From assembly GCA_046350295.1 (NCBI GenBank), contig JAXMAR010000001.1:117354-181353 (forward strand): 64,000 nt of DNA, given 5' to 3'. Below the pieces are notes generated by a model. It did not search any database. It saw nothing but the letters and a program-made list of their open reading frames with translations, and had not been told where the DNA came from. Below, in pieces: positions 9,463 to 23,161 of this stretch. Positions within the stretch are counted from its first letter, which is position 1, and each line of letters starts with the position of its first letter. This DNA is from Gemmataceae bacterium. GTDB taxonomy: Bacteria > Planctomycetota > Planctomycetia > Gemmatales > Gemmataceae. Position numbers and translations under genes: made by a program.

Positions 9463-10581
9463 TCACCGCTTCAACAGCCCCGCCCCGTAGTCGTCCTCGG
9501 GGTTGCGGATGACCGTGTGGATGTGGTCGGTCCCGCCCTGCGGAGCGTACTCGATCACCACGGTCGGTCCCTGAATCCGGAAGTAGACCGCGCTCCCTTT
9601 CTCGGTCGGGCCGCTCCAGGCGAAGTAGGTCTCGCCGATCTTTCCCTTGATGGACGCCATGCGCGCCCGGGCCTCGTCGGGCTCCACGATGTTGATCCAG
9701 GCGCCGATCAGGTCGAGCAACAGCGCCTGCTGGTCGGCCTTCAGCGCCGAGCCCTTGATCCCCTTCGGCTCGATCTTGCGGCCGTCGCGGCCCGGCCCGA
9801 GCAGCAGCTCTCCTTGCGGGCGGTCGCCGATGATCGCCTGTGCCCGCTGCTTGTCGTCGAGGGCGGCGATCAGCTTGAACGCGGTGTCGTTTTCCAGGCC
9901 GAGCGGGCGGACGTCCTTGCCGTCGCGCTTGAAGAGCGTCGGCTGCGCCCCGGTGTGCGTCGGCGTGAGCACGAAGTGCTTGCCGATCACGGTGACGTTG
10001 ACGCCGAGGTGGTGGCCGCCGAACTGCACCATCCACGGCTCCGTCGCGGAGGGCTTGCCGAAGATCGCCAGGTAATACTGGTCGACGCCGAACATCCCCT
10101 TGCCGCCCTTGCCTTTGCCCTTGTCCTTGCCACCCTTGCCCCCCTTGCCCTCGGCCAGCAGCTGGTCGCCGTCCATGATGTCGACGACCTTCTGGTAGCC
10201 CCCCTTGCTGAGGACGGCGGCGACCACGTCCATCGCCTTGGTCCGCTGTTCTTTGGTGAGGTCGCCAAGCCGGACGCCGTTGCGCGGGACGAAGGTGACG
10301 GGCAGGTTGGACCAGCCGGATTTCTTCGGGCTGCCGAACTCGAAGATCGCCTTCTCGCGCTGCTTGGCGTCGAGCGCGCCGAGGAAGGCGTTGGCCGCCT
10401 CGACCGCCCGCGGCGTGGGGGCCGTCTTGCCCGTGGGGTCGTCGGCGGCCGGCGCCGGCGGCAACGGGGAGCGGGACAGGTAGAGCGCGGCGCCGATCGC
10501 CAGCACGGCGCCAAGCAGCGCGACGATCTTCCGGGCGCCGGTCCCGGTCCCGGTAAGAGGATCACGAATCGGAGTGCTCAT
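9463..10581 (-). CDS. DUF3500 domain protein (secreted), with an internal Gly/Lys low-complexity insert
   Basis: Conserved C-terminal block FAWSGPTEKGSAVYFRIQGPTVVIEYAPQGGTDHIHTV. N-terminal TM/signal segment. A KGGKGGKDKGKGKGGKG linker is also present. Confidence 0.75.
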   Translation of the reverse strand: MSTPIRDPLTGTGTGARKIVALLGAVLAIGAALYLSRSPLPPAPAADDPTGKTAPTPRAVEAANAFLGALDAKQREKAIFEFGSPKKSGWSNLPVTFVPRNGVRLGDLTKEQRTKAMDVVAAVLSKGGYQKVVDIMDGDQLLAEGKGGKGGKDKGKGKGGKGMFGVDQYYLAIFGKPSATEPWMVQFGGHHLGVNVTVIGKHFVLTPTHTGAQPTLFKRDGKDVRPLGLENDTAFKLIAALDDKQRAQAIIGDRPQGELLLGPGRDGRKIEPKGIKGSALKADQQALLLDLIGAWINIVEPDEARARMASIKGKIGETYFAWSGPTEKGSAVYFRIQGPTVVIEYAPQGGTDHIHTVIRNPEDDYGAGLLKR

Positions 10582-10721
10582 GGGATTCTCCCGTTACCTT
10601 GGCGCCAGCTTGATCGGCCTGGCGGTGACTTGATGGCTTGGATACCCGGATTCTACGGCGGCGGCCTATCGCACGCCAGACTTATGATCTTTGGGTGGTG
10701 GGAAGCACGAAAGCATGTTTT

Positions 10722-10923
10722 GAGCCCCAACGGGGTGGACAGCCAATAGCCAGGGGCGTGGGTGAGCCCCTGGGCCAGCGTCGATGCGAGTCCGCAAGCC
10801 CTGAAAGGGCGACAGAAACAGGGTATCGGCCGCGGCACTGTCGCCCTTCGGGGCTTGGGACCCGGGCGGACCTCGCCCCAGGGGCTACGCCCCTGGCTAT
10901 TGGCTCCCGCCCCGTTGGGGCTC
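10722..10923. repeat. roughly 200-bp hairpin (MITE/REP-like) element: about 50-bp imperfect inverted repeats flanking a loop that contains GCCCTGAAAGGGCGACAG
   Basis: Left arm gagccccaacggggtggacagccaatagccaggggcgtgggtgagcccctgggc; right arm gccccaggggctacgcccctggctattggctcccgccccgttggggctc. The loop carries an inner inverted repeat gggcgacag/ctgtcgccc and the same motifs as the repeat cluster at 28.2-28.7 kb. Confidence 0.6.
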
Positions 10924-11042
10924 AGCCCGGTCCGCCGCGGCTTGGAGACGTTGGCGACGCATTGCGCCCGGCTGCCACAAGAAGGACCGGTAACGTGGAC
11001 ACTGATAGCTGAACACCGCTTTGGATGGAGGATGTCGCTCGT

Positions 11043-11702
11043 CTAACCCTTCACCAGGTCGAGCACGCTCCACAGCGACGGGTCTTCCCAGAACGGAAAC
11101 TCCGACGTCACGCTCAACAGCTGCTCCCCCAGTTCCTCGTCGCGCACCGAGTAGAAGAAGCCGAGCCGGGAATGCTGCTCCGGGTCGTACCCCGTCAGGA
11201 GCGCCGCGGGCAGGAACGCTTCGAGGATGTAGCCCGATTTGTGGAACGTCGCCCGCACCGGGACCTTCTTCGGATCGGCCAGCGGCGCGTCTTCCAGCGC
11301 CCGGTTGATCCGCGATTGCGCCGCCACCGGCTCGTCATGATCGGCGCCGCCCCCCGCCGGCAGGAAATGAAACTGATGACAGTACCGGCTCGCCCGATGG
11401 CTGGCCCGGCTGTCGCGCGTGTCGAGCCAGAGGGTGACGCCGTCGGAGCCGCGCGGCCGCGACACGTCGGCCTGCGGCGGGTTGTCCTTGCCGCGCACGT
11501 CGACTTGAATCCCCAGGCCCAGCTCGTTCCAGGCCAGCCGCACCGTCGCGAAGTTCTTCTTCTCGTCGATGGCGGCGTTATTGTCGATGTCGCACGAGTC
11601 GTCGAGTTCGAGGAGCCGATCCTCCCGCGCAGCGGCACGTTCCCTGCGGTAGCGGCAAGGCTGGGCAAAGCGAAACAGGAAACGCGGCGGAACGAGGGCC
11701 AT
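11043..11702 (-). CDS. hypothetical protein (possible DOMON/CBM9-like sugar-binding fold)
   Basis: 219-aa ORF immediately downstream of nadA on the same strand. No clear motif was recognised. Confidence 0.5.
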   Translation of the reverse strand: MALVPPRFLFRFAQPCRYRRERAAAREDRLLELDDSCDIDNNAAIDEKKNFATVRLAWNELGLGIQVDVRGKDNPPQADVSRPRGSDGVTLWLDTRDSRASHRASRYCHQFHFLPAGGGADHDEPVAAQSRINRALEDAPLADPKKVPVRATFHKSGYILEAFLPAALLTGYDPEQHSRLGFFYSVRDEELGEQLLSVTSEFPFWEDPSLWSVLDLVKG

Positions 11703-11715
11703 CCAGGGATTCCGT

Positions 11716-12642
11716 TCAGTTCAGCAGCGAGCGCGTGAGCACCTCGCTCGCCCGGGCGAACTCCGGCTGCCAGGTGATCTCCGGCGTCCCCTTCACCAGG
11801 CAGTCGCGCAGGGTCTCGAGCGTGTTGCGAGCCATGTGCGGGCACTTGTTGCAGGCGCACGTGATGCCGGGGACCGGATGATAGCGATGCCGCGGCGCCT
11901 TGCTCTGGAGCTGCCACATCATGTTTGCCTCGGTCGCCACCAGAAAATCCTTCGGCTCGGCGTAACCCAGGACGTACTTGATCATCGCCTCCGTGCCACC
12001 GATGAAATCCGAATGCTCGCGGATGTTCGCCGGGCACTCGGGGTGCGCGATGGTGATCACCCCAGGCATCTTCCGCTTGGTCGCCAGCAGGTCGCCGACG
12101 CTGAAGACCTCGTGGACGATGCAGGAGCCGTTCCACAGGATCATCGGCCGGCCCGTCACCTCCTGAAGGTACTGGCCCAGATGGCGGTCGGGGACGAAGA
12201 GGATCTCGAACTCCTCCGGCACGCGGCGAATGATCTCCTCGGCGTTGCCGGAGGTGACGACCCACTCGGAAAGCGCCTTCACCGCGGCCGTGCTGTTGAT
12301 GTAGGTGACCGTCTGGAACTTCCGCCCGTTGGCGCGGAGCATCTCCTGGAAGCGCGCGAGCTTCTCGGCCGGGCAGCTCTCGGCGAGGCTGCATCCCGCC
12401 TTGAGGTCGGGCAAGAGGACGCGCTTCCGCGGGTTGAGCATCTTGGCCGTCTCGGCCATGAAGTGAACGCCGCAGAAGACGATGGTGTCGGTGTCGACCT
12501 TGGTGGCGGCGCGGGCGAGCTTGAGGCTGTCGCCGGTGAAATCGGCGAGGTCCTGAATCTCCCCCTCCTGGTAATAGTGGGCCAGGATGGTGGCGTTCTT
12601 GGTTTTCTTGAGGGATTGGATTTCCGAGACGAGATCGGTCAT
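11716..12642 (-). CDS. nadA: quinolinate synthase NadA
   Basis: Strong NadA signatures ([16 protein letters not shown], three Cys ligands). Start taken at MTDLVSEIQ. Confidence 0.9.
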   Translation of the reverse strand: MTDLVSEIQSLKKTKNATILAHYYQEGEIQDLADFTGDSLKLARAATKVDTDTIVFCGVHFMAETAKMLNPRKRVLLPDLKAGCSLAESCPAEKLARFQEMLRANGRKFQTVTYINSTAAVKALSEWVVTSGNAEEIIRRVPEEFEILFVPDRHLGQYLQEVTGRPMILWNGSCIVHEVFSVGDLLATKRKMPGVITIAHPECPANIREHSDFIGGTEAMIKYVLGYAEPKDFLVATEANMMWQLQSKAPRHRYHPVPGITCACNKCPHMARNTLETLRDCLVKGTPEITWQPEFARASEVLTRSLLN

Positions 12643-12833
12643 GGGACGGATCCTTGTTTTTAATGTGGCGCAGGACGAACCCACATCCAGCCTTTTTAAA
12701 GACGGCCTTGCGTCTTCACCGTCATTTTACGACTCTCTCGGCCGAAAAACCACGCGAGGTCTTACCGCAGAGTTAGAGGGAAGCCACCTGAGGAGCGGTT
12801 CGCCTTTTCATGCGTTTCATCCGCGCAGCTCGA

Positions 12834-12990
12834 GAGTGCGTTCGGCTCCAGCCCGCGAAAGAGGCGCATGCCCACGAGCGTATCGTCGCCGCCATCCGCT
12901 CGGAGCTGGACGACGTGCGCCGGCGGCTCACGGCCGGCGAGAAGGTCGACGGCCAGGCCGGCCCCGACGAACGGCCTAACTGCGGCACGC
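12834..12990 (+). pseudogene. diverged fragment of a selA 5' end (selenocysteine synthase N-terminus), non-functional remnant
   Basis: The translation LQPAKEAHAHERIVAAIRSELDDVRRRLTAGEKVDGQAGPDE aligns with SelA residues LEPAKDRHAHERIVAAIRAELDDLRQRLAAGENVDGQAGADE at 14.49-14.62 kb. Nucleotide identity over about 130 nt is roughly 84%, and nothing SelA-like follows. Confidence 0.55.
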
Positions 12991-13163
12991 CAGGGACGAG
13001 CGCGATGGGCGGGGACTTCTTATTCCTGGGACGTGGGCTTTCGGGCTCTCGATCCCGTAGCAGTCCCCCTGCGGCACGGTGTCCCGACCGCGATCGGTTG
13101 GATTGGACGGGGCGCTTTCGGCCGGGTCTTTTGCGAGTGACACAGGGATGACATCGGCCGGGC

Positions 13164-13646
13164 CTACCCAGGACTACGTCGAAAAAAGTCGCGAACCTCC
13201 GCACGGCTCAGCACCCACAGGTGAATCACCCCGATCAAGAAGAGGAAGCAGGCATAACCAAAAGCCCACCAGCGTTCGGCGACACCGATATCGAACAATG
13301 CCATGGACCCCGACTTCGCGTCTATCACCCTATTCAGATCGACACCGACTGCCGAGAGCCAGATCACGGCCCCTGTCATCAGCAGACCAAAGCCGATCGC
13401 TACCCAACCACAGGCCAGGCCCACCGCCCGCGGGACCACGCGGCGGTAGAGCGCAACCCCAACCACAATCAGCGACAGAGCAAGCCCTCTCAGGATGTGC
13501 TCCTCTGCGAAGGGTGGAGCAATCCCCAACTGAGCGAGAGCAAACTGAACGAGAGTGATTACGAGTAGGCCGGCGCCCATAGAAATATCGATGCCGACAA
13601 GTACGGTCAGGGATCGCGGAACCCGAACATTCAACATGGCTGCCAT
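13164..13646 (-). CDS. hypothetical small integral membrane protein (four predicted TM helices)
   Basis: Hydrophobic segments throughout. It lies inside the inserted segment between the selA fragment and selA. Confidence 0.5.
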   Translation of the reverse strand: MAAMLNVRVPRSLTVLVGIDISMGAGLLVITLVQFALAQLGIAPPFAEEHILRGLALSLIVVGVALYRRVVPRAVGLACGWVAIGFGLLMTGAVIWLSAVGVDLNRVIDAKSGSMALFDIGVAERWWAFGYACFLFLIGVIHLWVLSRAEVRDFFRRSPG

Positions 13647-13713
13647 CGAATTCCTTCCTGAATCTCGGTGCGCCCTCCCCGTGGCCGAACGCCCAGTTCA
13701 GCCGCCGCGGCCC

Positions 13714-14235
13714 TCAGATATCGTCTTGCCGCGCTGCGACCGTAGGGGCCGCGGTCGGCTGCAACGCCTCGCTCGGCATGTCTTGGCACAGGGGCAGCAC
13801 TGCCGCATCGAAGCGGTAGGGAGCGAGCAGCGGACGCGTGCGGCCGGACAACTGGATACCCCACTCCGGCTTGCTCTTGAGGCCCTCATCGTCCCGGCCA
13901 ACCAGCAGCCCGGTCGGGGACAACCACGCCGTCGCCGGGATGAGATACAGGTCAGGCGGCTGGTCCTCCTCCAGCAGCACCAGGGCCAGCAGCCGGTCCG
14001 GGCGGAGCGGGAACTTGGTCTTGTGCATGAAGACGTAGTTCGACTCTCGCACCGACTTAACCTGCACCTCGTAGAACCCACCGGCGCCGTGCCGGGCCAC
14101 AAAGTCGATTCCCCGGTCGTCCACCTCGGCCGTGTACACCTCGAACCCGTACACGGCGAACTCCATCTTAACGAAGTACTCGGCGAACCGGCCTACCTGG
14201 TGCGAGTTCAGTCGGCTCCACGAGTACCGCCCCAT
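13714..14235 (-). CDS. PD-(D/E)xK nuclease-superfamily protein (restriction-endonuclease-like fold, DUF4365-like)
   Basis: The D...E-x-K arrangement GIDFVARH...YEVQVKS is an inference from the motif pattern. Confidence 0.45.
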   Translation of the reverse strand: MGRYSWSRLNSHQVGRFAEYFVKMEFAVYGFEVYTAEVDDRGIDFVARHGAGGFYEVQVKSVRESNYVFMHKTKFPLRPDRLLALVLLEEDQPPDLYLIPATAWLSPTGLLVGRDDEGLKSKPEWGIQLSGRTRPLLAPYRFDAAVLPLCQDMPSEALQPTAAPTVAARQDDI

Positions 14236-14419
14236 CAGTGCACCCCGCCTTCAATGCCGAACTTGTGCTTCCCGCGCGCATCAGCGCTGCAGCAAGGTTG
14301 TTGCGCGCGGTGGCAATTCCTTGCGCTGTTCACGGTGCTAATCTCACCATGCGGCAAAGCGGCTGTCAAGAATGGACAACGCGAGTGGAACCGTGCGTTC
14401 ATCGCCGCGCCCGGCTACA

Positions 14420-15844
14420 ATGGCATCGATGAGCGCGAACCTCTTCCGCCACCTGCCTTCCGTCAACCAGATCCTCGATTCGCCGCGCCTCGAGCCCGCG
14501 AAGGATAGGCATGCGCATGAGCGAATCGTCGCCGCCATCCGCGCGGAGCTGGACGACCTTCGGCAACGGCTTGCGGCCGGCGAGAACGTTGACGGCCAGG
14601 CCGGCGCCGATGAGGTGGCGCAGCGGGCCCTCCAGCGCCTGGACCGGCAAATCCAGCCCAGGCTGCGCTCCGTCATCAACGCCACCGGCATCGTCCTGCA
14701 CACCAACCTCGGCCGGGCCCCCATGGCGGAAGAGGCGGCCCGCGCGGCCTACGACGCGGCGCGCGGCTACCTCAACCTGGAGATGGACCTGGCGAGCGGC
14801 AAACGCTCCAGCCGGCAGGATGCCATCCGCGACTGGGTCTGCCAGCTCACCGGCGCCGAGGCCGCGACCGCCGTCAACAACAACGCCGCCGCCACCGTCA
14901 TCGCCCTGCGCGCCCTGTGCCAGGGGAAAGAGGTCGTCATCTCGCGCGGCCAGCTCATCGAGATCGGCGGCAGCTTCCGCATTCCCGAGATCATGGCCGT
15001 CAGCGGGGCCGTCCTGCGCGAGGTCGGCACGACCAATATCACCCGCCTGAGCGACTACGAGAACGCCATCGGCCCCAACACCGCGGCGCTGATGCAGATC
15101 CACACCAGCAACTACCGTGTCTCCGGCTTCACCAAGTCCGTCCCCATCGAGGACATGGTAACGCTGGGCCGCAAGCACAACCTGAAAGTCATCGACGACA
15201 TCGGCTCCGGCGCCATGCTCGACTTCGCCCGCTTCGGTTTCACGGGCGAGCCGATCGCGCGCGACAGCATCCGCGCCGGGGCCGACCTTGTCCTGTTCAG
15301 CGGCGACAAGCTGCTGGGTGGCCCGCAAGCCGGCATCCTGGCGGGAAAGAAGGAATGGATCCAGAAGATCGAGAAGGACCCGCTGATGCGCGCCTTCCGC
15401 CTGGACAAGATGACCCTCGCCGCTCTCGAAGCGACGCTCCGGCTCTACCTCAACGAGGAGCAGGCCCTGAGCGCGATCCCCGGCCTCGCCTTGCTCGGCG
15501 CCCCGGACGCGGAGTTGAAGCGACGCGCCCAGGCCCTGGCCGAGGCGCTGCGCGGCATTCCCGGAATCGCAAGCGCCGAAGTGCTGCGCGACCACGCTTT
15601 CGTCGGCGGCGGCTCCCTGCCCGACCAGCAAATGCCGACCTGGGTGGTCGAGGCGCGGGCGAACGAAATGGAAGACCACGAACTGGCGCGGCGGCTGCGC
15701 GTCGGCGACCCGGCCGTGGTGGCGCGGCTGCGCGACGGCAAGATCGTCTTCGATGTGCGGACCGTGTTTCCGCGCCAGGAAGCGGAGTTGGCGACGGCGG
15801 TGCGGCGTGCGGTGGTGGCGGGTTCAGAACCTGCAGAGGCATGA
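14420..15844 (+). CDS. selA: L-seryl-tRNA(Sec) selenium transferase SelA
   Basis: Full-length SelA: PLP lysine region FSGDKLLGGPQAG and conserved N-terminal LRHLPSVNQIL. Start at 14420 (MASMSANLF). Confidence 0.9.
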   Translation: MASMSANLFRHLPSVNQILDSPRLEPAKDRHAHERIVAAIRAELDDLRQRLAAGENVDGQAGADEVAQRALQRLDRQIQPRLRSVINATGIVLHTNLGRAPMAEEAARAAYDAARGYLNLEMDLASGKRSSRQDAIRDWVCQLTGAEAATAVNNNAAATVIALRALCQGKEVVISRGQLIEIGGSFRIPEIMAVSGAVLREVGTTNITRLSDYENAIGPNTAALMQIHTSNYRVSGFTKSVPIEDMVTLGRKHNLKVIDDIGSGAMLDFARFGFTGEPIARDSIRAGADLVLFSGDKLLGGPQAGILAGKKEWIQKIEKDPLMRAFRLDKMTLAALEATLRLYLNEEQALSAIPGLALLGAPDAELKRRAQALAEALRGIPGIASAEVLRDHAFVGGGSLPDQQMPTWVVEARANEMEDHELARRLRVGDPAVVARLRDGKIVFDVRTVFPRQEAELATAVRRAVVAGSEPAEA

Positions 15845-15869
15845 AAGTTGCGCTCCGGGAGAGCAAGCC

Positions 15870-16160
15870 ATGAGCCATCTCGTCACGGTGGAACTTAACG
15901 ACACCACATATCAGGCGTTACAGCAGCAAGCGCGTGCGGCCGAGAAATCTCCGGCTGATCTGGCAGCTGCGACACTGGAAAAATGCTTTCCCGGAACTGG
16001 CGCCAATGGCCACGCGAGCGAAGCCGATAAACAAGCGGCGCGCGAGCGCTTTGAACGGCATTTCGGCGAAATCGATCTCGGCCAGCCGACGGGTATCGAC
16101 AATGAGACCATCGACGCGGACCTGGCCCGCAGTTATGCCGACACACATGAGGAGCCGTGA
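15870..16160 (+). CDS. ribbon-helix-helix/VapB-like antitoxin
   Basis: 96-aa MSHLVTVELNDTTYQALQQQARAAEKSPADL... Its stop overlaps the ATG of the downstream PIN gene (TGATG). Confidence 0.6.
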   Translation: MSHLVTVELNDTTYQALQQQARAAEKSPADLAAATLEKCFPGTGANGHASEADKQAARERFERHFGEIDLGQPTGIDNETIDADLARSYADTHEEP

Positions 16161-16551
16161 TGTTGTTGGACACATCCGGCTTGCTCTGCCTCCACCACAA
16201 GGCGGAGCCGTTCCATGACAAGGCTCGCGAGGCTTATCGGACGGCTCAGGTTCGGTGACGCATGGGTACGTGCTCGCCGAGTTCGTCGCGCTGGCTCAAG
16301 CACGGCGGTTGCCGCGTTCGCCAGCGCTCGCCTTCATGGTCGATCTGGTGAACAATTCGGATATCGAGACGCTGTGGATCGACGAGTCGCTCCATCGAGA
16401 GGCGATCGCCCTTTTGCAAGATCGTCCCGATAAGACGTATTCGTTGTGTGATGCGGTGAGTTTTCTGATAATGCGCAAACGCAACCTGACCGACGCCTTG
16501 AGCACCGACCGTCACTTCGAGCAGGAAGGTTTCCGACGACTGCTGACCTAA
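16160..16551 (+). pseudogene. vapC: VapC PIN-domain toxin, split by a frameshift near 16250-16258
   Basis: N-terminus MLLDTSGLLCLHHKAEPFHDKAREAYRTAQVR in frame 2 stops at 16256-16258. The PIN C-terminal half (THGYVLAEFVALAQARRL...CDAVSFLIMRKRNLTDALSTDRHFEQEGF) continues in frame 1 from 16255. Confidence 0.65.
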
Positions 16552-16583
16552 TTGATTGGCACAGCTGCGGCCGCGTCACGTCT

Positions 16584-17021
16584 TACACGTGCCCGTAGAT
16601 GTACTCGTGCAGCAGGTGGATCGTCCGCTCCTGGGTGGTCGCCTGGAATGCGTTCAGATCGCCGATGGAAATGAGGCCGGCCAGCTCACCGTCATCGTCC
16701 ATCACCGGCAGATGGCGAACGCGGCGGTTCTTCATCACGCCGCGCGCCTCCTCCAGGCGCCGTGTCGGGCTGGCAGCAGATCAGGTCGGTCGTCATCACT
16801 TCATCCACCGCCGTCTCGGCCGGATCGCGCCGCGTGGCGACGACGCGCGTGAGGATGTCGCGCTCCGTCAAGATCCCCACCAGCCGGCCTTCCACCAGGA
16901 CGACCAGGGAGCCGACCTTGAACTCGTTCATGTACTGGGCGGCCTTGAGGACGGTCGATGTGGGCGAGATCGAAAGAACGTTGGACCCTTTGTGGACCAG
17001 GATGTCGCGCGCGGTGGCCAT
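16584..17021 (-). pseudogene. CBS-pair domain protein with a -1 frameshift near 16755-16765
   Basis: MATARDILVHKG...VMTTDLICCQPDT is in one frame; the continuation EEARGVMKNRRVRHLPVMDDDGELAGLISIGDLNAFQATTQERTIHLLHEYIYGHV reads in the adjacent frame down to TAA (complement of 16584-16586). Confidence 0.7.
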
Positions 17022-17245
17022 GAGAAACCTCTCGTGAAGCGAAATGGCGAGGCGATGGCGGGGCGTCGTCCGCGAGTCGGACACGCCCGGACATGAGCGA
17101 CCTGCATTTTGGCGTCGGGCGCCGTCCGTTTCAAGAAAAAAAGATGTGTTTTCTGAAAACCGGCGGTCTACCACCTGGATCAGTATTAGGTTTTTTAAAG
17201 TCATGCGCTATTGATATTAGGAGACGACATGCTACCATTCTCTCC

Positions 17246-18217
17246 ATGCACTTGGGCTCCTTAAAAGTGTTCTGTGACGTTGCGCGCAACCGCAGCTTCT
17301 CGCAAGCCGCGCACGTCAACCACGTCACGCAATCGGCCGTGAGCCAGATCATCTCACAGCTCGAGCGGCGCATGGACGTGCAGCTCATCGACCGCTCCAC
17401 CCGGCCTTTGCAGCTGACCAACCTGGGCCGGACCTTCTACGAGGGCTGCAAGAGTCTGCTCCAGCGCTACGCCGAGCTGGAGACGAGCATCCGTTCCGCC
17501 CGGGCCGAGATCGCCGGCAACGTGCAGGTGGCCGCCATCTACAGCGTCGGGCTGGGGGACATGGGGCAATACGTCGAACGCCTCACGGCAGAGGAGCCGG
17601 GCGTTCAGGTACATATCGAGTATCTGCACCCCGATCGCGTTTACGAGAAGGTGCTGGACGGCACGGCCGACCTGGGCCTCGTTTCCTTTCCGCGTTCGTC
17701 GCCCAAGCTGGCGGCGCTGCCGTGGCGCGAGGAAGAGTTCGTCGTCGTCTGCCCGCCGCGCCATCCGTTCGCGGGTCGCCTGGCGGCGCCGCTCGAGCAG
17801 CTGGCCGGGCAGAAGTTCGTTCATTTCGAGCGCGACCTCGTCATCCGCAAGAAGATCGACCGCTTCCTGAAGGAGCGCGGCGTCGGCGTCGAGGTCAGCT
17901 GCGAGTTCGACAACATCGAGAACATCAAGCAGGCGGTGGCGGTCGGCGCCGGCATCGCCCTCTTGCCGGAGCCGACGGTTCGCCGCGAGGTGAAGAACCG
18001 GAGTCTGCTCGCCCTGCCCCTCTATGGCGAGCGGTTCGTTCGCCCGCTGGGCATCATCCACCGCCGCCGCCAGAAGCTGAGCGCGGCCGTGCGGCGTTTC
18101 ATCGAGATCCTGTGCGACGACGGCGCCGCACGCAACGGCGACACGCACTTCGCCAAGGGCGCCCCCTTCAAAGAGTCGCGCGCCAAATCAACCCATCGCG
18201 CTCCCGCTCGGGCGTGA
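17246..18217 (+). CDS. LysR-family transcriptional regulator (possible GltC-like regulator of gltBD)
   Basis: N-terminal HTH LKVFCDVARNRSFSQAAHVNHVTQSAVSQIISQLE and a LysR substrate-binding domain. AGGAGA ribosome-binding site ahead of the ATG at 17246. gltB lies 240 nt downstream. Confidence 0.85.
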   Translation: MHLGSLKVFCDVARNRSFSQAAHVNHVTQSAVSQIISQLERRMDVQLIDRSTRPLQLTNLGRTFYEGCKSLLQRYAELETSIRSARAEIAGNVQVAAIYSVGLGDMGQYVERLTAEEPGVQVHIEYLHPDRVYEKVLDGTADLGLVSFPRSSPKLAALPWREEEFVVVCPPRHPFAGRLAAPLEQLAGQKFVHFERDLVIRKKIDRFLKERGVGVEVSCEFDNIENIKQAVAVGAGIALLPEPTVRREVKNRSLLALPLYGERFVRPLGIIHRRRQKLSAAVRRFIEILCDDGAARNGDTHFAKGAPFKESRAKSTHRAPARA

Positions 18218-18457
18218 GGCGATAAACCAAGAACCCCGATCCCAAAGGACCCCACCCGTGTCTGCCTTCCTGTCCCGACTCGTCCACGCCCTGAAGAACG
18301 CCCTGGCCCGCTTGTGGCGCCGACCCGTTCCCGTTCGCGTTGTCAATGTCGTCCCGCGCGGCCGCCGGCGCGGCGGGATGTGACGCCGACTCCGAAGCAA
18401 GACACTGTCCGCCCCGGTTCCGCGAACCGGGGCTAAACGAAGAATGCGGGTTCCGTC

Positions 18458-23080
<4,623 letters not shown>

Positions 23081-23161
23081 TCCATGACGCCGCTGCAACC
23101 GCTCCATTCAGACAGCGTCGCTTTGCGGAACACGTGAAGCCAGTGGTTATAAGGAACTGAG

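Noticed and set aside
8165-10036. 623-aa minus-strand ORF rich in Arg/Pro/Gly/Ala overlapping the vWA and DUF3500 genes
   Set aside because: Low-complexity composition typical of antisense translation of high-GC coding DNA. Both overlapped genes have clear family signatures.
10638-11046. Small ORFs across the 10.6-11.0 kb intergenic region
   Set aside because: They are translations of the palindromic hairpin element. Symmetric sequence gives open frames on both strands by chance.
14399-15679. 426-aa minus-strand ORF antisense to selA
   Set aside because: selA on the plus strand is unambiguous; the antisense product is Arg/Gly/Ala-rich junk.
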